This document shows positions 44,799 to 56,300 of a stretch of DNA of 64,000 nucleotides, one piece after another. The position numbers and the translations under genes are program-made. Numbering within the stretch: position 1 is the stretch's first letter; every line of letters starts with the position of its first letter. Source of the stretch: Amoebophrya sp. A120 (taxonomy: Eukaryota > Protista > Dinoflagellata); assembly GCA_905178155.1 (NCBI GenBank), contig CAJINV010000022.1, forward strand, positions 434,001 through 498,000, written 5' to 3'. The notes under the pieces were generated by a model. It was not told the origin of the DNA, did no database searches, and saw only the letters and a program-made list of their open reading frames with translations.

Positions 44799-45735
44799 TG
44801 TGGCGGTGACCACGACTTCGTCCAGCACAGGAGAGGTGGAGGTGGACGTATCCATTATATGGCTTCTCCTGTACAGAAGTTGAAGGTATGAAGAGAGGTC
44901 ATCTTTTGCTGGTGCTCTTGGGAAATAATGAAGACGGGAAAGATAAAATAATTGTATATTCGGAACGCATTGATGGCACGAACAAAGCGGTTTTTAGATA
45001 GTAGAATCGTATTCTTTCAAAAAAAGGACGATGGCTGCCTGAGATTGCCGACTACGGAGTGTGGTTGCTCTCTCAGATGTTGAAAGATGTTGACATCTTT
45101 TTATTTTGTTGCCGGATGTTGAGCCACTGTAGCTCGGAACTACTGGCATTAGTACACGTTTTTTGTTTTGATTCTATAGCACTTCTAAAGCTCGAGAATC
45201 GTTTCCAAAGTTGTGACAATTCTTGTATCAGAAAAGGATGGACGTCAAGAGATGAGTAAAGGTCACAGTATTAGCTACAACTTTCAGATCGTTTGGTAAA
45301 AATCATAAAGTGCATTGATTGTAACAGTTGTAAGAATCAGGAAATGCACATGTTACTAGCTCGCTCATCGAAAGTAATTGTATTCAGTGAAAGAACGAAG
45401 AAGTACAACATGCTGAGCGGGATCAAAAATCCCAGTCTCTAGTTTGGTGCTCTCGTCCCTGAGCACGACGCATTCTTAGCCATTAAAATGCTCGACCCAG
45501 TACCAGTGACGATTTTCATGCAGGTGGAAACTGTTGCCACATAGAAGAAGTAGTACTTTATTTTATTAAGCACACATCACTGTCGGCGGACGGCCGTGTT
45601 GTCCATGCTCGAAGATCTGATGTTTCTGCTACATGAGCAGCGGTTGCTATAAAAAATGCAAAAATGTATGATATGATGAGCAAAAAAGAACGTCATGTGC
45701 AAGTGGAGAAGGCAGACGGACCCTTTCTTGAAACT

Positions 45736-45884
45736 TATGATCTGCAAAAGTATCGTACTCGTATAAATGCATTACAAATTTCCTCAGCATGAGAAAGAAA
45801 ATTTGTAATGCAGATTTGCCTTGGGAACGAGATTTGTAATGCAAGACCTGCATTTATACGAGTACGATGCTTTTGCACAGGATA
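45736..45884. mobile_element. Introner family B, young copy
   Basis: DR AAACT; nearly identical to 56051-56199; empty-site paralog at ~46790-46860. Confidence 0.95.
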
Positions 45885-46934
45885 AAACTGCGTACGAGAC
45901 GATCCAGATCGTCGAGTGAGGTTGCAGCTTCCTTCTCCGGTTGGGTAATTCGCGAGTTCGAGATGTGGCTGCGTTGAGTTTGCAATGCAGGATTATCCTG
46001 GCTCTTGTTCCCCCGACGGCATGACAGATGGGAAGCACTTTTCGTATCGCGCCGCATTCTGTAGAACTCGGTCGTGAAGAGGGTGCTCGGTACTCGTGCC
46101 GAAATTTCTCGTGAATGTGCGCCAGTTTGACGGTACACGGTCCTATCGGTCTGACCGCAGAAAGTAGTAACTTAGTATCTTGCTCTTCGTACGTACTACG
46201 CTCTCTCTTTATATAAATGTTTATATTTGTTTACTCACGCGACTCTCGTTTACTTGTTGCTCATGACGCGTTGCTATTCATTTTGACACTGGTTTGTGCT
46301 GTGGCGAACGTGGGCAGTTTTTCCAGGCAAGGAATCTGTCATGCTGGAAATCAAAAGTCCCTTCACTTTGCGATATAACTCTGATGAACGACGAACCAAG
46401 AAGAAGTTTGTGTTGCAAGATGCGAAGCGAAGCGAAAATCTGTAATGCAAAAAATCGAAGGCGGCGATAGTTGTAGTTCTTACATTTACTTCTTCTTCTT
46501 TCACGTTTATCATGCATTTCCTTCTATTCACAACACCAAAAACGACATTGATGCGACCCACTTTAGCAATCGAGTCGCATGTATACAGGCTGGAGGCCTC
46601 CGGGTCTCTGGTTCAGGCTAGCGCTCAAGGCTCGTAGAAGTGATCACCTCGTGCTCAAATTCTGAAGAAAAAGGAAAAGGAAAACCAAAATGAAAACACG
46701 CCGACTGCGCATGGCACATTGCGAATTTCGAGTTCAGCAACTTCGTGCTGCGTCCTTTCCGGTTCAGAAGTCGAGTGGGTTTTCCGGTTCAGAAGGCAGA
46801 CGGACCCTTTCTTGAAGCTGCGTATGAGACGATCCAGATCGTCGAGTGAGGTTGCAGCTGCACTTGTGTGTAAATGAAAACTAGTTTTGAACGCTATTTC
46901 TCATAGATCAAAAGTCAGAAAATGCAGAAAATGA

Positions 46935-49900
46935 ACAGGATGATAAGAAACCGGAAAAGAAACCGATCGAGCAAGAAAACAGAACGAAAACCATGGAAAA
47001 GCAAGCAAATTCTTGCTACGATCGAAAGGAAAAGGAAAGGAAAAAGAGAAGAAGAGAAAAGGAAAGGAATTAGGTCTGATTTACGCTGAACGCGCATGAC
47101 AAACTTGATTTCTTATTACTTTCAAGGAGGTGAGCCATGGCTACGGTCACTACGGGCACGTTAGGAATGTAGAATTAGCATAAGATACTGGAAGAACTAG
47201 ACTTGGGACTATAGATTTGTAATGCGTATGTGTGATATTTGAAGTGGTTTTAGATGGTGTTCGATTTGCAGTCGGTATGCGTGCGTTTGAAAAAAAAAAA
47301 ACAACCTCTCCATTTCGAAACAAGATCCCACAATTGGTGGAGAACCTGGGCATAGTCCGACTCAGATGCAATGCCTATCTTTACCGTTTCAGTTAGATTC
47401 CCAATCATGACCTCGACGAAACGAAAGAAGAAGAAGTGAGAAGGGCGCGCAGCGGAATAAACTGGCGCCAAGGAAACAGCGCGGACGAAGGAAAAGGCGC
47501 TGCAAAGAGACGGCACGCCAGACAAGCGGTTTTAGCTTTTCGCAGCTGCAGATGTTGCACACGGCCACGCAATTTGCGACGATGCGCCTAGCCGCATGTG
47601 AAGAACCTGTTCGAGTTTTGAAACCGGGAACAATACAGACTTTTGGACGCGGACGACATTAAGCTTGTGATGGAACAGAAGCGGCCACGACTTTGGACCA
47701 AGCGACGCTGCAGAGAAATAGAACGTGAATCGACCAGACCAGTCCCAGAACCGACGAAGATCCGCAATAGACACCTGACAGATCACTGAGAAAAAGACAT
47801 GTTTATGTATTGACGAGACTCCGACCGCGGTAAAGATTTGTTTATGTAGTACGCGATCGGGGTACGTTCCAGATTTTTTGTTGAGCGGACGACTTACGGT
47901 TAAGTGATGGCAGTGAAGATTTTCGATTTGTTTACGGACCAGCAGAACCTGACTCGCAAGTTTGTGGGCGCGAATAGTTCCAGCATCAGTTTCGCGCGAT
48001 TGGCAGCCAGAAGTTTATTTTAGGATAGTAGAGGAGACGACAAAGATTTGGCGCTGCGGGTTTTTGAAGAAGCAGTTGCGCACGACCACGGTTACCGCCA
48101 TGGCAGCATTTTTCCGACTTCAGAATAGCGGAGAGTGAAGAACGCAGTAGCAGTTTTTCAAGATTTGTTTCGAACAATGCGAAGAGATCACGGCGGCCTC
48201 CTTCTTTCGCAATAGCGCGCCAGCTCGGAGGAGCCGCAAATAGCAGTGGACCGCGCTCCTTTTGCTTCTTCCATACAGAATGCGGCAATAGCGTCAGTGA
48301 ACTCGAAAAGAATATACGTCAGACCACGGAGTAGCAGGGCGGCTCTTAGCGCAGGAAGAAAGAATAGTATCGGCAAGGCAGCTGCAGTAGTAGTTCCGGT
48401 TTCGAAAGACAGGGGAAGAAGAAGAGGCTTCGGCCTAGCCCGCGCATGACAGATTCGGTCTGAAGAGGCAGACAACGAACTCACGCAAAGAAAAGAATGT
48501 TAGCAGACGCGGGGCTCGTTTCCAGAAAATTTAGCTTTGGCGTTCGCAGTTCAAGCCTGCGATAGATCGGTGCCCAGCAGGTGTAGACGCAAGCCTTCCA
48601 GTAGCAAGATGATGATGAAGATAAAGAGATAGATTGTTCAAGACCCCGACCCCCACATCCCTTTGCGTTCGCAGCACCGATAGACGACGTTGATAGGTTT
48701 TTGTTCGAAGACGCAGTGATGAAGATGCGAAAGTGAAGAAGTTCCAGTCAGGGGGCGTGTAGTCGTATAGCGACTTTGCTGGTGACTGCAACTTCTTCCT
48801 GTGATGGCGTTCCCTCCTTGAAGATTCAAGATCCCGATGCAGTTCCGACCCCAGATTGATGCGACATGCAGTAGTAGCTAGCTGACTTATTGGGATTCAA
48901 GATGTGTGCCTTGGGATTTTTATTTGTGTTCGCAGTGACAGCTTGGGGCCACCGGGTTTATCGCTGACTAGCTTTTGCTGACGTTTGATTTCCGCCTGTG
49001 TTTGGGATCCCAGGCTACTAGGTGATGACTTCGCTTCGGGCTTCGGGATTTTAGGCACTAGCACTAGTAGATCGCGGCGAAAAGCAATCAAGATAGCGTA
49101 GAACACTCGGGCAGAGGTGCGAAAACACCGGGAGAAAAAAAACGAAAAACCCAGGGCAGCGCTAAAGGACGGGCACAGACACGGAAACCAGCAACAGGAA
49201 AAGTAGAACAAAGATAACCAGACAACGACGCGAACACGAGACACCACAAAAGAAGAACGCAGAACAATATGGGGGCGTAGAACCATTTCGCTTTCGACAG
49301 CAAGCAGCGCGCAGCGTTGACTCCGATTTTTACATGCAGGAACGAAAAGGGAAAATGAAACACAGTAGGAGTAGCACGAACAGCAGCAGCAGTGGTGACA
49401 ACGAGACCTACGGTTTTCCGGATGTAGGATTTTTAAGACTGCGTACGAGACGATCCAGATCGTCGAGTGAGGTTGCAGCTGCACTTGCAGCAGACCAAAA
49501 CGATCAGTGAGAAGGGGAAACGTGTGTAAATGAAAACTAGTTTGTCGCACGAACTGCTCATCCCAAAATGCGATGCTGACGTTGACAAAAGTAAATCTTG
49601 AAGTGATCTCATTCTATTTTTCCGATCCTGTTTTTTGAAAATGTATGATGTTCTTTTTTGGGAATAAAGATCTAACTTTTATCGTTTTTCTAAATCTGTA
49701 ATGCAAATGGCCTATCTGCACGCAAATGCGCGACCAAGGAAGTTCGTTTTTTTTCACCGGTTTTAAATCCTGTATAATGCAAATGTTTTTTCAAGATCTT
49801 TATGTATGATTTTCTTAGAGTGAGGGCTCAGCCGTGGGTGAGCACCGTAGTATTTACCAATCGCGTTGTTCATCGCGCATTACAAATTCGCACTGCTTAT

Positions 49901-50565
49901 CTATCGCATTTTCTCCAATCAAATCGTCACGGTATCGAATCGCACTAGAATTATTTTCGAAATCGTGACTATCGTACTGGGAATTGGGTAGAATCGTTTA
50001 GAACTTAGACCACCGAATAGACCGCTGCTGAAGACCACTGGACTCGTTTTTATCTCGAGCTGACTACTGGAAAGAAAAGTATAGGCATTCTTAAACCGCA
50101 CCTAATTGCGGTTATTTGGGATTAGTAGTCGTGTTCAACCTCTCCATTTCGTGTATAGATGCCCAGGTTCTCCACCAATTGAAGGATCTAGTTTCAAAAT
50201 GGAGAGGTTATTTTTTCAGAAGCAACAATACCGAATCAAAAGCGAGCAACATCATAACTACATCGCAAAACGCCACCAATTCGCATTACAGATTCATTAT
50301 TCCAGGTTTGGTTCTTCCAGTTTCTAATGCTAAATCCGTATTCCTAAGTGGTCCATAGCCGTGGCTCCGCTCCCTTGAAGTAGTAAGAAAATCCAGTTTG
50401 TAATGCGGATTCCAGAGAGATCAGACATAATGATAATTCCGTTCCTTTTCTCTTCTTCTCTTTCTTCTTTCCTTCGTCTTTCGATCGTAGCAAGAATTTG
50501 CTTGCTTTTCGTGGTATTTTGGTCCTTTTCCTTGCTCGATCGGTTTCTTGGCTTTTCCTTATCAG
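46935..50565. repeat. Diverged ~430-bp inverted duplication (arms ~46935-47370 and ~50140-50565)
   Basis: AGAAACCGATCGAGCAAG and AAAAGCAAGCAAATTCTTGCTACGATCGAAAG occur on opposite strands; both arms encode AQVLHQLxDLVSKWRG..LVLPVS. Confidence 0.8.
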
Positions 50566-50818
50566 CAGACCAAAACGATCAGTGAGAAGGGGAAACGCAA
50601 CTGTTGATTGCAATATATATTGATGTCGGCGTTGGCGCTTTATACTGCATAAAACTGGAAGATGAAGTAGAGGAACGAGTAGAAGGAAATATTGGCGGCC
50701 ACGCTGCTCCAGGACCTGGTCAAGCTCAGGGAATAAGTAGTATTGCCGTACGCCCGTTTTCTTGTGTGTGTTCCAGCTACAGCCTGGTAGCCTAGACAAC
50801 AGCGTTGGACCCTTCCAA

Positions 50819-50962
50819 GAGGATCTGTTGTTCTGAGGATCTGTTGCTCTGAGGATCTGTTGTTCTGAGGATCTGTTGTTCTGAGGATCTGTTGTTCTGA
50901 GGATCTGTTGTTCTGAGGATCTGTTGTTCTGAGGATCTGTTGCTCTGAGGATCTGTTGTTCT
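50819..50962. repeat. Minisatellite, 9 x 16 bp (GAGGATCTGTTGTTCT)
   Basis: Counted directly. Confidence 0.95.
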
Positions 50963-51428
50963 GTTTAGAGTGAGATTCATGACCTCCGAGCGACGCGGCC
51001 CCTGAGCTACTGTTGTTCTCTTCTACCTGACCGTCGTGTAGTATTTCTTTTTCCTGCGTTGTTGCGCTTTATTGCTTGTTGGTTTCACGATACCAAGTGC
51101 GTTATCCGCAACAGAGAGAAGAGGTATCCACTGGAAATATGTATGGATCTGGAAGATTGAAACTTTTGATCATGCGCATTTTCGACGGCAAGAAGAACTC
51201 TGACGTCCTCAGTCTGTTCGCCACTTTATCGCACTACAAAGGACAATATCTGCTACGAACTGGTCCATACACCTGATCAGTGCACCCTTGCCAGATCACC
51301 ACTCTTGCCGATGTTGATCCAAGTAGCTGCCTGGTCATCACAAGAAGCGGCTATGCTGCAAAATGTGGACGACGAAAATCATATCCCAGTGGTTCCTTCT
51401 AGTTCTGTTTTGCGGTAGTAGCAGAGAA

Positions 51429-51840
51429 GTCGTTCTTTCTGCGAAAACAAATCTCGAATCTCTTGCAAATAATGCAAAAACAGCGACAAGTTCTTCTGTT
51501 TTTAAGTTTGTGCTTACGAAGTCGTTTCTGCGGCAAAAATTTCGATCTGCTTGCAAATAATGCAAGACACGATCTTCTGTTTGACTCTGAAGTACGTGCT
51601 TACGGAATCGTTTCTGCAACACAAATTTCGATCTGCTTGCAAATAATGCAAGACAAGATCTCGTCCGCTTTGCGGAGTCGTTTCTGCAACACAAGTTTCG
51701 ATCTGTTTGCAAATCATGCAAGACAAATCCGTCTGTCTAAAGTTCGTTCTTACGGAGAAGCCGTTTCTGCAACACAAATTTCGATCTGCTTGCAAATAAT
51801 CCAAGACAAGACCTTTTTGCGGAGTCGTTTCTGCAACACC
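51429..51840. repeat. Minisatellite with a ~48-bp conserved core and variable linkers (5-6 copies)
   Basis: Core GTCGTTTCTGCAACACAAATTTCGATCTGCTTGCAAATAATGCAAGACA. Confidence 0.85.
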
Positions 51841-52109
51841 GATCCCGATCAGGTATGTGAAATTTTTCGTGCAGCAACAGAGACGAACTCTGTACGAAAC
51901 AAGAAATAAACTCGGGTGAGATCCAGGTTCTTGTCCGCTGCTGCTGTCACTGCTCTGATGTGTGTTTGCTGTCGTAATGTTTTGTCGCAACTTCTGACGA
52001 ACAATAAAAACAAAACAGGGAGGACCGACAACACGAAAACATACTTTCGCGAGGACTTTGACTTTCGCTGTCGCAGACACGACATCAGACTATTCCAATT
52101 ATTTTTTCG

Positions 52110-53300
52110 CAAACAAACATACTAACACTAAGTACGAAATTCTTGTTGACCTTGCACGAGGACAATTTCTAGATTGTGCGCTACTACTTCTCAACCCGCG
52201 GACGAACGTTAGCAAAATTTTTTCCGGCAAAGCTGCGTTGGTTTCGCATAAACAAAGAACATACTAAGTGCTAAATTCTTTACCTTGCACGAGGGCAACT
52301 TCTAGATTCTGATTCATTGTGCACCACTACTACTACTAAACCGCGGACGAACGTTAGCAAAATTTTTTCCGACAGAGCTGCGTTGGTTTTGTCGAGACTG
52401 CATAAAGGATTTGCTGAGAACAAACAAAAATTTATAAAACAGAACAGCACTTGCACTTGGACTTGACGACGAGTAGTACTCTTTGACGAAGCTTGTTGCT
52501 CAAGACGTAAACAGACTCGCTGAAAGTTGAAAAATACGAAATTTTCAAATCCTAGCTACATTTGCGAAGTCCTAATTTTTTGCACCCCACGCGGCCTTGG
52601 TATAGAACTGAATAATTTGTACACGACCATCTTTTTCATTTTCTTCCGCCGACAGAGCCCTGTGGTTCTTTTGTCGAGACTTTACTGAGTTTATTATTTC
52701 GCTTTAACTACCACTAAACCGCATCTAGCTGTAATAATTTACTTATTTTCACTTTACTGGTGAAAGAAGAAATTTTTGAGCACTTACTGCTTTTCTTGTG
52801 GTCCTCTCTGCAGCTGTGCAATTTTTCGAGGTCCTCCGTCGTCAAGGGCCACGTTCTACTTAGATTGGCTGTACAATTTTTCAAGGACCACGTCGTACTA
52901 ACTTACGCTCTGCATCGTTGAACGCGAAGTAGCCATCGTAGGTTTTAGCAGAACAACTACACACCACTTTGATAAATAATCTTCCGCCGACAGTAGACCC
53001 CTGTGGTTCTTTTGTCGAGACTTTACAACCTGAAAAATTTCCGCTTTACTAGACCGCATTTAGCTTTACTATTTTCGGCACATTTCAGATCAGTATCTTC
53101 ATATTGATACAGTAACTTTAGAGGAGCTTTGCTGTTGAAGAAAGAACAAATTTTTTATAATCGCCTAAGCCTTTATCCTGTCTCTGCTCCTCTACAAATC
53201 AAGATTGTCGTCAAGGACCACGTTGTACTTAAGTTCCGCATCGTTGAAGGCAAAGAACTACCCGTCCTAGGTTTTAGCACAAGTACGCATTATATTAACG
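52110..53300. repeat. AT-rich region with local duplications upstream of the OTU gene
   Basis: CCGCGGACGAACGTTAGCAAAATTTTTTCC x2; CTTCCGCCGACAG..CCCTGTGGTTCTTTTGTCGAGACTTTAC x2; TCAAGGACCACGT..TACT x2. Confidence 0.7.
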
Positions 53301-53386
53301 CACCACTTCAGTCTTCCAGGACAATTTTGACGTCATCGCCTTCTTCCAGGACAATTTTGGCTAAGTCGCCTTCTTTCGCCGGCAGG

Positions 53387-56300
53387 ATGAGGTGCTTATT
53401 TATGTCCACAAATATTCAAGCCGCGACCTGCGAAACGGGAACAACGGCCGAGCGCAAGGCGCGCCGTGAGAAGATGATGAACACGACCGGGTGGTCGTTG
53501 CCAGCAGATCGAGGAAGCCGGAATTATCATGATGATTTTGTCCCCTACAACAAAGACCACCGCCTTCATCATCTCAAGGGACAAGCAACAGATCGCAAGC
53601 TTTTGAAACGACCTGCCGGGGCGGTTCTTGCACTTTATGGGCTAGTACTTGCGGCAACGGATGGGCTGATTTTCGACCAAGTAGGTGGGTTGTTCGCTGC
53701 TCGTCCTGGTCATAATTTTTCACTATTGCGAGGCGTTGACGCAGCGGCCGGAGGTCGTGTAGCAATGCAAGCATCTTCCCTACAGGACCAGACACGGCGG
53801 GAAGCAACTGCAGCTTTCAACTTGCTCGATACCCGCCTCCGGGCACATGGATACCGGCGAGTGCCTGTCATTGGAGACGGAAATTGTTGCTTCCGAGCAA
53901 TTATCAACTGTAAAAATGTCTGGGTCTGGAAGAATGCATGTTTGTCATGCACATTTTGCATGACTCCTGATACCTGTGACGCATGCCCTAGCATCACAGA
54001 TTTTGTGAGGGCTTCCTGATGCCTATACCGCATGACAAGGCCTCTTTCCGTGTAGAAACTTGGACTCTCTTTGCTGCTCATGCAATACAGATTTTTTTAG
54101 AATCCAAAACCAGCATGACAAGTTGGATTCTTCCAGAACCAGACATTTTTACAGTTGATAGCAATTTCATTTTCGCTACACGGCCACCAAAACCACCACC
54201 AGTTTTACTATGGAACTGTCAGGATTGAAATTAACAAAGTTGAAATAATTTGTGATGCATAAAATCTATACCAGTTGGACCCACAGTTTCCAATGGGCGC
54301 ATAACAAATTTTCCTGGCCTCTGAAGCAAGTTTGTCATGCTGTTTAGGGCAAGATGGCTGCTCCCTGTCATGCTAGTCAGCAGCCCAATTCCTGACCCTT
54401 ACCAGCACTAGAATCTGCCTCCCTTGCGCCTTCAGCAATAGAGTCAGTCTTTGTGTCGCATTTTATGCATGACAAATCATTTCAACTTTGTCGATTTCAA
54501 CTCTGACACATCCATATTTACAGGCGCAAGGGTATTGAGAACATGAAGAAGCATCGCAACATCTACGAGGACTTTCTCTGGGGCTCATCCGATGACGCCC
54601 TCTCACCCGGCGACAGATGGAACGACTACATTCAACGGATGGAAACAGACGGAGCCTGGGCAGATCACGAGATATTAGCGGCAGTTGCAGCTGAGTTCAA
54701 CTTTGAATTCAAGCTGATCACAACACACCCTTCCGACGAAATTCGGATGGTGTCCGGACCCCCAGCTGCAACCAAAACCACAACTCCACCGCGACAAATA
54801 GTCCTAGCTTTCAAAGCTGAAGTCCATTACGACGCCGTCTCGCCTCTCACGAGCTTCAGTTCCTCGACCGCCAGCCACACGATAGATATGCATTGCAAAT
54901 ATGTCTGGGTCTGGAAGGTGGTAACTTGTCACGGTAAATCTGAAGCATACAATAATCTGTGTTGCATGAGTGCCAAACGCTGTCCACTTTCGACCAAGTT
55001 GGGAGGGAGTTTCTCATGCCGGATAGGCATGGTGGAGACCCCGCAGAGTCTGTCATGCCAAGTGCCGCATTCCAGAGCTCATGGGTCATGGAAAATGTGC
55101 ATGACAAGTTTACACTCTTCCAGACCCAGACACTTTTGCACTTGATAGTGGAATCCACTTCGCAACTTCCAGCTCCTACACACGTCATTTCTGCTAAAGC
55201 TGGTGCTCAAAACCCCATGATCTCCAGCTCGCAACTTCCAGTTTCTGCACATGCTTTTTCTGTTGCAGGCCCGGCAGTTGTGACAAACGCTCCAAGCACA
55301 AACAGGGCGGCGACGGTTCGTCGTGCTAGTAGTGCAACGAGCTGGGTGGCGCCGGCTCGTGCTAGCACAAGAACTTGCAGTAGTTCAGCCAGTATCAAAT
55401 GCAAATATGTCTGGGTCTGGAAGATTGCCAGGTTTATCATGCATATTCTGCATGACCCATGATGCTTGTAGTGCATGACTTAGCATCACACATTTTTGGA
55501 AGGCTTCCTGATGCCTCTTCCGCATGACGAATGCCCTCTCCGCGTCGCACAATCTGGGCTCCTCCTCTCCTCTTGCATGACTCATGCAATACGGATTCTT
55601 TTAGAATCCAAAGACAGCATGACAAGTTCGGATCTTCCCGACCCAGACACTTTTACATTTGATAGTCAGCAAACACTGGCGCAGCAGTGGTTCTACTATC
55701 GTAAGGGAAAATCGAAAAGCGCTCCCATATCGAAAAGAAGCGCCTCAAAAAAATTGTGATGCTGATTTGTGAGCACCAATCGTGTCTGTCTTGCAAGAAA
55801 GCAACGGCATCCGCTCCGCCCCATTATGCACGCGGTTTGTCATGCTGTTGGTCCTACAGCGTAGGCGTTCCCTATGCTACGTGCCTAGGCCAAAACCTCT
55901 GGACACTGGCATGATTTGGGCCTGCAGTCCCCTACTGCAAGACAAATCTGATTTGTGTACGCAAATCCAGCATCAGAAATTTCGTTGTGATATGGGATGG
56001 GGGCTTTTTTCACTTTGATATCTACTTCATCATCGTCTACTTCCGAGCTGTATCCTGTGCAAAAGCATCGTACTCGTATAAATGGAGGTCTTGCATTACA
56101 AATCTCGTTCCCAAGGCAAATCTGCATTACAAATTTTCTTTCTCATGCTGAGGAAATTTGTAATGCATTTCTACGAGTACGATACTTTTGCAGATCATAA
56201 GCTGGACACGACGCAGAGGTATGGGGTTCTCAACTGTTACATGCTCAAGTGTTACTTGAATCTGCGATGCTAGAATGGAAAAAGTGAAACAAGGAAGATT

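Noticed and set aside
51429-51840. CRISPR array
   Set aside because: Linkers are mutually related and unequal in length, no cas genes are present, and the context is eukaryotic.
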